Below, in pieces: positions 54,060 through 64,000 of a stretch of 64,000 nucleotides of DNA (positions are counted from its first letter, which is position 1; every line of letters starts with the position of its first letter). This DNA comes from Octopus sinensis (Eukaryota), in assembly GCF_006345805.1 (NCBI RefSeq), contig NC_042998.1:123318001-123382000 (forward strand), in the 5' to 3' direction. Made by a program: the position numbers and the translations under genes. The notes beneath the pieces are model-generated. The model did no database searches and was not told the origin of the DNA. It was given only the letters and a program-made list of their open reading frames with translations.

Positions 54060-55042
54060 TTTATTTATTTATTTTTTTAGGTGGGGTCCTATCGGTCAAA
54101 AAAAGTTCAGATGTTTACTACTATTAGGCTTAAGAAAAATTAAGGAAGGGCTGTTCTGTATTGTTTGTGAATAGAGAAGCTGTGTTCGACCAGAGAGAAT
54201 CTTAGCATCATCATTTTTTTTTGTTTTTTTCTATGTGCGTTTGTGTTATTGCAATAAAAAGTGTTTGTATATTTCCTGTAAGGTAATATTGTGGAGGTTG
54301 AAGTTGACTTTTCTAGAGATGTTTGTATGTCCAGTTAGAAGAACAGGTGTGTTTTTACAATAAAAAGTATATGTTTAAATTTATATTTGAATATTCAGGG
54401 AGGAAGCAAAGAAAAGTCAGATTTTCATAGAAAGTTTTAGGGTTTTCTAAGTCCACAAAAAGAAAAGCATGATGTTTTTAGAGAGAAGAAAAAAAAAAGG
54501 ATGTTTACAGAAGCAATTGTGGGTATCAAAGTTTTTAAAGCTGGTCGAATGTATGATTGAAAACTGTAGACATGTAAATTTGTAAATTTTCCTAACTTAT
54601 TTTGAAGGGCTGTTCTGTATTATTTGTGAATAGAGAAGCTGTGTTCAACCAGAGAGAATCTTAGCATCATTATTTTTTCCATGTGCGTTTGTGTTATTGC
54701 AATAAAAAGTGTTTGTATATTTCGTGCAAGGTAATATTGTGGAGGTTGAAGTTGACCCCTCTAGAGATGTTTGTATGTCCAGTTAGAAGAACAGGTGTGT
54801 TTTTGCAATAAAGAGTATATGTTTACATTTATATTTGAATATTCTGGGAGGAAGCAAAGAAAAGTCAGATTTTCATAGAAAGTTTTAGGGTTTTGCAAGT
54901 CCACAAAAAGAAAAGCGTGATGTTTTTAGAGAGAAGAAAAAAAAAGGGTGCTTACAGAGGCAGTTGTGGGTATTAAAGTTTTTAAAGCCGATCGGATGTA
55001 TGTTTGAAAGCTGCAGATATGTAAATTTGTAAATTTCTTAAC
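54060..55042 (-). mobile_element. LINE-like 3' end with a 459-bp tandem duplication
   Basis: Units start gaagggctgttctgtatt at 54145 and 54604 and are highly similar. The minus strand has a KHFLLQ motif and ends in an (AAAT)n/A-rich tail at about 54050-54080. Clade unresolved. Confidence 0.6.
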
Positions 55043-55209
55043 CCGCTTTGAAGAGAATTTCAAATACTCACGAGGTATTGTAGATGTTCCAGTCTTTGAG
55101 AGTTATTTTTCCCCGTTGCTAAACTGGCCCATATTAGTGTTTCTATGGCTTTCAGCCACCGAACTGTCAGAGCAGTGAGGAACACGTCCAGCCGCTGTCA
55201 AGGCTGGCG

Positions 55210-55303
55210 CTCTTCTTCTTCTTCTTCTTCTTCTTCTTCTTCTTCTTCTTCTTCTTCTTCTTCTTCTTCTTCTTCTTCTTCTCTTCTTCTTCTTCTTCTT
55301 CTT

Positions 55304-55380
<77 letters not shown>

Positions 55381-55383
55381 CAT
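55210..55383. repeat. (TTC)n(TTA)n microsatellite
   Basis: Direct inspection. Confidence 0.95.
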
Positions 55384-56747
55384 TAAGCCTCAGAGAACTT
55401 CAGAATTTCCTGACGGCTGTAACGCAGGCAGTCTTATGATTGCAGTTGAGCTGTTGGTAAGTAAACGCTTTACTGATTATAGATACTTGGTTTTGGTATC
55501 TGCAATACTGATAGGTGGTCACTACCATCAACTCGCTGCAACTTCGTGTAAATGAATACTAATTCGTGAAATCAATAGAGTCAATGCATGATATAATCGA
55601 TTTGGCTTTGGAGCCATTCTGCTGATCGACATAAACAGACCGTGTAGTCTCTTTTTCAAAACATTTAAATCGGGAATAATAGGACAATTTCCAAAACATA
55701 ATAGGCTGTTCGTAATAAACTCTTCAAGCATGGCTGCGTTCGAGTTGTCGACAAACAAACTTGTCTAAGATGCGCACTGGGTTCCGAAACTGCTTGAATG
55801 TACTCGCCCAGTCTTCCGGCAATTCTCATCCTATTCCACACTGGTTTTCACGCTGTTTACTCTCCTCCTTGATATTATTGTTTTGCTAATACCCATTGTA
55901 TCCATCTTGCGTATTTGTATGTGATGCGATCTATTTAAGGCGATAACTAATTCAACGTAATAATGTGCAGTTAGCTGAAGGGCTATGTATAGTTACGACT
56001 GTGCTTAGATAAACACTCTATGTTATAAATAACACCACCAACAAATTCTCAATCGATAAGCTGGATATCAGTGACTTGGTTTCAAGGATTTTTCTGCTAC
56101 TGGAATGACGAAAGCTCTTTTGGACACTAATCATAAAATAGTACGTTTTAATCTGAAGCGGGACTCAGACGCTTATAAAAAATTTCAATAATTGTAGAAT
56201 AGCTGAATTTTGAGATAACAATCTTTAGCCGCAAAGCAGCTTAATCTGGAGAGAAAACATTAGGATATATTCAATTAGATAATCTGAAGCACAATGTCAT
56301 AGTGAAGGTATTCAACAGGTTAAAATGGTTTTTTTTTTTGCATTTCAGAAGATAGAAACAAATATAGATATTACGGATAATGGTCTTCTTTGAACAAACA
56401 TAAAGAAAACATTACACTCGGTGTATGAAGCTACATAAGGTTTACATTAAGTTGAAAATTGATATTGGTAATCAGGCACTGTCTACGTATGTCTAAATGG
56501 ATTTTAATAACACAGTTTATTTTTGAAGTGTGATCTCAAATAAAACTATTCGATGGAGTACACATTAAAACTCCGAAACTACTTAGCGCATTAATAACTG
56601 AATAGATGTATGTCTAAAAACACATACCTCTAATAACCATGGATGTTTGCAATGAATCTTCTAGTTCTATAATTGACTGAAGGTCCAAAACAATTAGAGA
56701 GATTTTGGGGGTTTAACGCTAACATTCTTTTCTAAGGAGTGGGTATA

Positions 56748-57135
56748 GGCGCAGGAGTGGATGTGTGGTAAGTAGCTTACTTACCAAACACATGGTTCCG
56801 GGTTCACTTGCCCACGTTCACACTGCGTGGCAACTTAGGCAAGTGTTTTCTGCAATAGCCTCGGGCCGACGAAAGCATCGTGAGTGGATTTTGTAGACGG
56901 AAACTGAAAGAAGCCCGCCATATATATATATGTGTGTGTGGTTGTGTATGTGCCTGTCTGTGTTTGTCCCCCCCCCAACATCGCTTGGCAACCGATGCTG
57001 GTGTGTTTAGTTCCCATAACTTAGCGGTTCGGCAAAAGTGACCGATAAAATAAGTCCTGGGCTCGATTTGCTCGACTACAGGCAGTGCTCCAGCATGGCT
57101 GTAGTCAAATTACTGAAACAAATAAAAGAATCAAA
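56748..57135 (+). mobile_element. SINE family B, full length (reference copy)
   Basis: tRNA-like head (tggatgtgtggta A-box-like, gggttcac B-box-like), central (TA)n(TG)n, GTCGA-type hairpin region and LINE-like 3' tail. About eight other copies or fragments occur in the window. Confidence 0.9.
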
Positions 57136-57967
57136 GAATCACTGTGAATTTTGAGGCAGGACGCTTACCATTCATGCATTTTAGTCATAGAAAATCTGAA
57201 GAAATGAATTATTAAGGTGTTTGTTGTAGGGAAAATGGTACCCCCTTCCCATGTGACTCATCAACTACAACTTCAGACAGTCAGTCTTTGTAGGGGGTCA
57301 GCAGTAGTAGAGTCTTTGTACGAGTTCTCAGTTGGAGTCAGTGTCAGTTACGTGATATATACGAGTTAGAGTTACCGTCAAAGAAGACGTTTCAAAGTCA
57401 GTGACTCTCGTTTGGTACTGTCGCAGATGTCATGATGAACCACAACGAACTAGAATTAGATTTCCAACCGTAAATAATACAATAATCCCTTTGAAGGGCG
57501 AATACGTTTTGGATCAAATAATTAATGACACCATTATTGATGATGTTCAAAATATAGAATCCGTTCCTGAAGCCTTGAATCACTTACCAAACTCTAATTA
57601 GCAGCGACTCTGATTTGTCAACTGGTGCAAGAAGAAACGTAGCAAATGAGGCTAGACGCTCTTCTCGAATACCAAAGGCGTAAATCTGTATACTTCCGTC
57701 GATTTTCAGCTCATTGCTGCATAATATTATGGATTTCTCTCGCATGAATTAAATTTGTTCAGCCATGGTTATAGGTATAGAGAAGCTATGCTACATATTT
57801 ATCTTCTTCTCTCTGAACATATTTTGCTGAAGAAAGTGTTAGACGCCCTTATACAACGTGAAGTATTGTTTTGGACAATACAGTACACAGTTAACATTAC
57901 AAAACCTTATTGTAATAGCTGGATATATAGTTAAAATTACTATGCAAACTACTACCGAAAGAATTAC

Positions 57968-58024
57968 CTGATAGTGGAGCGGAGGTTTCTTTGTTTGCCT
58001 TGTATCATTCTCACTAGAACAGTC
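57968..58024 (-). other. Candidate host exon (unverified)
   Basis: Acceptor tctatttctgtttttgcAG and donor CAG|GTAATT bound 57 nt (DCSSENDTRQTKKPPLHYQ or TVLVRMIQGKQRNLRSTI). Read-through gives a hydrophobic VILSVVVCIVILTIYPAITI. No homology recognised. Confidence 0.25.
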
Positions 58025-58725
58025 CTGCAAAAACAGAAATAGATTTATGTTTATAACAGGAACATATATTTCATGGAATTACACGTTTAAGATTTTTCAA
58101 CACGGTTGATGCTTCTGCCATCACTATATATGTTTTTTGCATTAGGTTTAACTATTTGTTACTCTAAATAAGTATAAACGAATTCTATGTGAGAATTTTG
58201 TTGTTGAGGATATAACGGCGTTACTCCGTTTTTCACGGCTATAATCCATCAAGGCAAATGCCAGTCGTGTTCGCTGCACTGTATTTCGTTGGTCGCGAGG
58301 AACAGAAAAATTTTCTCTATGTGACAGGTATGGCGAAAGACGATTTACTTCTCGGCCGAGCAGTCTCCAAATGTATGATCTTTCACTTGAAGTGGAAAGT
58401 GGGTGTATAAAGAGAAGTGCTTGTATGTAAATTAGTCGAAAGGTTACTGAAAATATCGAATAATGTATGTGTGGAGAAGCTTACATTGCATATATACGTA
58501 AAAGTGCACAAGTCTTTAATACTTGGGGTTAATGAGATTTTGGATTATTTTCTTGATTCGCAACTATCTACTATTAAGAGAATTTTGCTTGTTTCCAATA
58601 TCGTTGTTAATTATCTTTCCTATGAAATTTTATCACACTGTACGGAACGCCCAACATGTCATTATTTGTCCTTTTGTAACGTCTTTAACTTCTTTGAGAC
58701 CTTGTAGACATTGAAGGACGTATTA

Positions 58726-58726
58726 A

Positions 58727-58759
<33 letters not shown>

Positions 58760-58850
58760 CATCATCATCATCATCACCATTTTCATCACCATCATCACCA
58801 TTACCACCACCACCATGAATCATCATCATCATCATCACCGTTATCATTAT
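58726..58850. repeat. (TTA)n(ATC)n(ACC)n microsatellite
   Basis: Direct inspection. Confidence 0.9.
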
Positions 58851-59173
58851 TGATATACAATTATATATATTATTTACATATTTTACACATTTCCTTGCAG
58901 ACCTGTAGGAATCGAATTTACAAGTTATTTGCAATTGGAAAGCGTGACGAAAGAATCTGGGAAGAAATTGATTGAAATAAAAAGAGATAAAGATTTATGT
59001 GACTGGAGAATGTCTTAAGAGAAAAGGAGAATGATATATGTTGAAATATGTTTTGGCTTGTTTTGCATTTTACTGTTTGATGTCTTTCATGATCAACTAT
59101 TCTTCTTGAATATATATAATATATATATATATATTATATATATATATATGAAACATTCGTATATATACATAAG

Positions 59174-59209
<36 letters not shown>

Positions 59210-59459
59210 TAGAATGTGTGTGCTTGAAAAATGCATATTTAATACGTATGTGCACATACATATAACCGACTGCATATTTGTAAATGCTTGCTCACAAGTT
59301 GGTTGCTCTCTCTCTATGCTAAAAATAAAAAAAAAGAGAATAAACTGAAGCTGACATCAACATGTGGCCACTTTATCAAAGATAGGTTTTTCCGAATCGA
59401 CCCTTTCAATTTTGTTTTGATGAAATATTCAAAACAAGGAAAAATGAATGGAATTATTT

Positions 59460-59529
59460 TATGAATGTGTGCATGTATGTATCTATGTATAAGTATATGT
59501 ATAGAAATGAATGTATATGTATGTATATA

Positions 59530-59596
<67 letters not shown>

Positions 59597-59670
59597 CGAG
59601 AGAGAGAGATAGATAGATATAGATATATACACATATGCATATATATGCATATATATATATATGAATACAT

Positions 59671-59704
<34 letters not shown>

Positions 59705-59705
59705 G

Positions 59706-59798
<93 letters not shown>

Positions 59799-59835
59799 AT
59801 GTATGTATACACACACGCCTGCACAGATATATGTA
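59460..59835. repeat. Long (TA)n compound microsatellite
   Basis: Direct inspection. Confidence 0.95.
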
Positions 59836-60963
59836 TTAATTCTTTTTTCTTTGCGATGGAATTCTGATGTATGTTGCCTGCCTTTGAATTCCTACAGAGC
59901 TATCTCTAACTACAAAGACGTTTAAATTTTATGTCATTTCGCACAGCTATTCAATATACGGCTATTACTGAAGTGTAGGTTTTTAGATCGAATGCACATA
60001 GGCCTAATACAGATTGCTCTTTAAACTGCTCTCTTTTACTGATATCGCATAGCCTTAAAATATATTTTTCTCAACGGAATTGAAAGGTCATATAGATATT
60101 TGCTATATAACGATAGGGTTGCAAAATGAATTTCCCGACATCAGTTCACGACTGCTACACTGAAGAGATCCTATATAAAATATTTCAATACGGTGAAGAA
60201 ACAATTTGGCTTCTGGAAACGATCTATTAGAGGAATATTACATCTTCGTTATGTTATCAGAAAGACAGAAGAAATGACTTATTTTAGGTTACAAAAAACA
60301 GTATTTAGTCTGTTTCCTGAGCAGTGTGATCGCGCTGGCTTATATACACACTTGTTCTGGTGGTGAGAAATCCATCTTTACGTTTGCGCTACATAATTGG
60401 TTGTAACCTTCTATTTTTATGATAGCAAGGTATGATTTGAAAAAAGATTTAGCTGCTAATTCTTCATATTAATACGCATGTAGGTATTTTAAAAATATAA
60501 TGCATGCAAGTTGAATCATTAATTTTTCATTTATCTTCATTTTCTCCATCGAATCATATACTATAATTTCAATTTGAAGTTTAGTGTATAAAATGATGTA
60601 ATAAGTTTTAAATTGAATGTATTGTCATTCTGTTAGATGCAATATTTGATTGATTGTGTACAAAACAAATTTGATTGCACAGAAAAACACAAAACAAAAA
60701 CTAAGTTAATACATAATTATCGTTTAAGAGACACAATTATTGAATATTAATGGAAAATCAAAATTCATAGTCAATTACAATAACAACAATGCAGTAGTGG
60801 CAAATATGAAGTAATAAATTCATATATATAAATATATATATATATACATTGCCAATATGAAACTATCTCTAAATGTAATTTCTAACTATTTTGATGTATA
60901 GATATTTCGGCAACGACTGTTGTACTGGGTCTCATCTAAACGTTTGCAATAGTTTCTGCTTTA

Positions 60964-61375
60964 AAGGCGGTGAGCTGGCAGAAACGTTAGGACGCCGGGC
61001 AAAATACTTAGCTGTATTTCGTCTGCCGTTACGTTCTGAGTTCAAATTCCGCCGAGGTCGACTTTGCCTTTCATCATTTCGGGGTCGATTAAATAAGTAC
61101 CAGTTATGCACTGGGGTCGATATAATCGACTTAATCCGTTTGTCTGTCCTTGTTTGTCCTCTCTGTGTTTGGCCCATTGTGAGTAGTAAAGAAGTAGGTA
61201 TTTCGTCTATCTTTACCTTCTGAGTTAAAATTACGTCGGGGTCGACTTTGCCTTTCATCCTTTCAGGTTCGATAAGTTACGTACCAATTGCATACTGGTG
61301 TCGATCTAATCAACTAGCACCCTCCCCCAAAATTCCGGGCATTGTCCCTAGAGTAGAAAAGAATTTTTTCTGCTT
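60964..61375 (+). mobile_element. SINE family A: two adjacent copies with different 3' ends
   Basis: The core tatttcgtct...ttctgagtt...gtcgactttgcctttcatc occurs at about 61014 and again at about 61199. The first copy ends like 9270-9330, the second like 5491-5530. Confidence 0.85.
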
Positions 61376-61669
61376 TATATACACCCTATATTTCAGAACT
61401 TGCACATAAGAGACTTATTGAATTCTGCAATGATGTATATACATTCTGTGGATAGCAGCTTAGGAAATGGCCTAAGACGTAAGCAAAATGCGATCAATAA
61501 ATAGTGGAACAATTAATACAATCTACAGAGCTATTGTTCTCATACAATCACACACACAAACACATTTATACAAATATATATTGTTGTGTGGACGCGCGAC
61601 ATAACACACGCACACACACACAAATATATATATGTATATATGTATATAGTTATATATATATATATCTTT

Positions 61670-62260
61670 TGTATTTTAAGTTTCCATTGTTTCAGTCAGT
61701 GTACTACAGTCATGTAAGGGCACAACATTAAAGGGGTTTGTCGAAAAGATCGACCAAAGTATTATTTTTTAAAGTTTAGTACTTATTCCATCGGTTTGTT
61801 TTGCCAGAACGCTAATTTACAGTGACGTAAACAAAACAACATTGGTTTCCATGCTTCGGCAGAACAGGAGGACACACACACACACACACACACACACACC
61901 ACACACACACACACACACAAACACATACACATACACACACACACTTATACGATATGTTTGCATATAGTTTACCTCTACCAAATTCACTCACAAGGAATTG
62001 GTCTGCCAAATGATTACAGTAGAAGACATTTCCGCGTCTGCGTAGTTCCCTAACTAAAATGTTTCCTCAGTTTTGACACTGGCTGCAAAGCAAATGAATT
62101 GCCTTGAAATTGTATCAGCGTGTATGCAATAGTGGGTAACATGGCTAACCCGTGTAAGTCGATCTGATGAGCTTCCTCGTCACTTCTGTTTAACGAATTT
62201 CACTCACAAGTCTTGAACTAACGCGGCGCTATTGTAAATGACATTTGCCTATAATGCTAC
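61670..62260 (-). mobile_element. Degenerate SINE family B with expanded (CA)n
   Basis: gtttcagtc..., gtgacgtaaac...aggacacacac..., aaattcactcacaagg match family B in reverse. Confidence 0.55.
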
Positions 62261-63049
62261 ACATACACCACAGAAATTATTTAGAAGTAAAAAACATGTA
62301 TCAATGTATTATGTGTACTACCGGAAGCCTAAAGATGAAGTGTACTATTTCATGGAAAAAAACTTTTAATTTATTACATCTATACTTCTATGTCAAGAAA
62401 AATAACACCACGGTTATCCTTACACTTCGTTGTGTATACACAGACACAGACCATAATAATGATAGTAAAATAGGAAAGAGTATTAATTTCCTATTATCTC
62501 ACCAACTTGTTTCGTCTATTTAACATTAACTTGTGAACGGATTTATAAAGAAAAATTATACTGAAAATTAATTCATGGTTAAGAACTGCGTTTAAATATG
62601 ATATTGACTGTAATAAATGCTACTATGAATTTACTTTGAAACACAATCATTCGAAATCACATTTAATGTATGCATTTCATTACAAATTACGACAAGTTCA
62701 TTCTAATATATCTGAGTGTAATATATAAACATTTGTCTATTTGATGTCGACAGAAATCTCAATAATTGTATGAGATAGAAGGAAATGCAAAATTAAAAGG
62801 ATGAAAATATACTACAAATCGAAATTGAGTTCACAGTTGTATTGCTGAAATTTTGTAGAAATTCTATGAATGTATGATGTAACGCGGTGTTAATTAATTT
62901 TGTCACTAATCATTTAACAAGCAAAGTTTATCTTTGTCTTTCATCCACACAAGCGCAATGAAATAACAACCAGACATTTACTCGGGTCACTTAATGTGAC
63001 TCTACACTTTCATAAGTTTTGTCAATTTTCTTGTAATTGTAGGAGCAGT

Positions 63050-63119
63050 ACCAGGAGTGGTGGTGGTGGTGGTAGCGGTGGTGGTGGTGGTAGTAGTAGA
63101 GGTTTTTGCTGTTGCAGGT

Positions 63120-63151
<32 letters not shown>

Positions 63152-63152
63152 C
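63050..63152. repeat. (GGT)n(AGT)n microsatellite
   Basis: Direct inspection. Confidence 0.9.
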
Positions 63153-63439
63153 ATGTATATGTAATTTAAAAAATTATAAAAGTCGCTTCACAGCTACATG
63201 GCTTTAGGTTTGAGATCACTAAGCAGATCGTTAGGAAAGAGACTTCGAGCTTTGCTTCGGATCAACAAAAGCTTTGTACGTTAAATGTGTTACATGAAAT
63301 CTATGTAGCAGCCTAATGGAGTGAAACTTCATGTTTTTCGCTGGCAGCTTTGAAGCGTAACTTATAACAGAAAACCACATGCCTTTATCGATGTAAAAAT
63401 CTTTGCACTCATTCCGTTATACTTCTGCTACTGAACAAG

Positions 63440-64000
63440 AAAATTCTTTGCCCTATTATTCACACAGTCGAACTGTTTAGCAATAACACTGAAATAGGAT
63501 TGAGACTGAAAAATGTCAAGGAAAATCTTTCAAAATCATGCAGCATCACCTTAGATAGAGATATAAAAGAATTAGGACATGAGCGCAGTTGGGAATAGTA
63601 AGTACTCGTTAAAGAGAGAAACATAGGAAATAATGCTATCGTAGAGTCAGAGCTATACTGAAAAGTAGGTTGACTGTTTATAACAAAATCGAGGCGATAA
63701 ACACGTTCGCTATGCAAGTAAGCACATGCGGCTTAAACATTATTTACTGGTTCACCTCTGAGATCAGTGCAATTGATGTCAAAGTCTAAACCTTGATGCC
63801 GATGAATCGCATGAATTATCCAAAAGCTGACAGAAATTGATTATGCCTTCCGCGAACAGAAGGCAGTTGGGAATTCCAGCAACAAATAAACGATTGAATG
63901 TTATATCTGGTTATGAACTATTAAAGTAACAAGAAGCTGTACTGAGTGACTAAAATTGCAAGAATACTCCTTCGGGAAATTCCACAAGATGAACCAGTAA
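63440..64000 (+). pseudogene. Old R4/Dong-like post-RT relic (runs off window)
   Basis: VRAILKSRLTVYNKIEAINTFAMQV...LNIIYWFTSEISAIDVK...MNRMNYPKAD..LPRTEG is homologous to the 50800-51020 part of the Dong-like element (NKVLAINSLAVPV...RMHHPKADVDRLYLPRAQGG). Confidence 0.75.

Noticed and set aside
55528-55758. 76-aa ORF with a CPIIPDLNVL stretch like the Tc1 WPxxSPDLNP motif
   Set aside because: A single weak motif, with no TIRs or further transposase similarity.
57356-57601. Plus-strand 66-80 aa open frame (VTLVWYCRRCHDEPQ...)
   Set aside because: No recognisable homology and no convincing splice sites.
62160-62200. CTGATGAG hammerhead-like core (also on the minus strand near 30665 and 39350)
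   Set aside because: No stem II followed by GAAA at a suitable distance.

Overview
AT-rich, repeat-dominated eukaryotic nuclear DNA. I infer an octopus (coleoid cephalopod) from my recollection of its SINE families and compound microsatellites; this is not proven from the sequence. I found no intact, recognisable host gene, rRNA, true tRNA gene or CRISPR array, and most ORFs in the track are microsatellite or antisense artefacts. The window is a layered transposon landscape: a near-full-length CR1/L2-group LINE (18.2-21.5 kb, +), a 5'-truncated CR1/L2-group LINE (25.2-26.5 kb, -), a near-full-length R4/Dong-clade RLE retrotransposon next to (TAA)n (49.6-53.5 kb, -) plus two older RLE relics, a Gypsy gag relic with a possible LTR, a Helitron Rep fragment, an L1/Tx1-like relic, Tc1/mariner derivatives and over a dozen SINE copies or fragments. 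The best lead is a minimal Penelope-type hammerhead ribozyme (35039-35086, -). It appears to form the 3' module of a composite element with a tRNA-like Pol III head and a trinucleotide microsatellite spacer, i.e. a possible ribozyme-carrying SINE. The second lead is that the main SINE family shares its 3' terminal sequence and stem-loop with the CR1 LINE in this window. Boundaries of old relics are approximate, and all alignments were done by eye.
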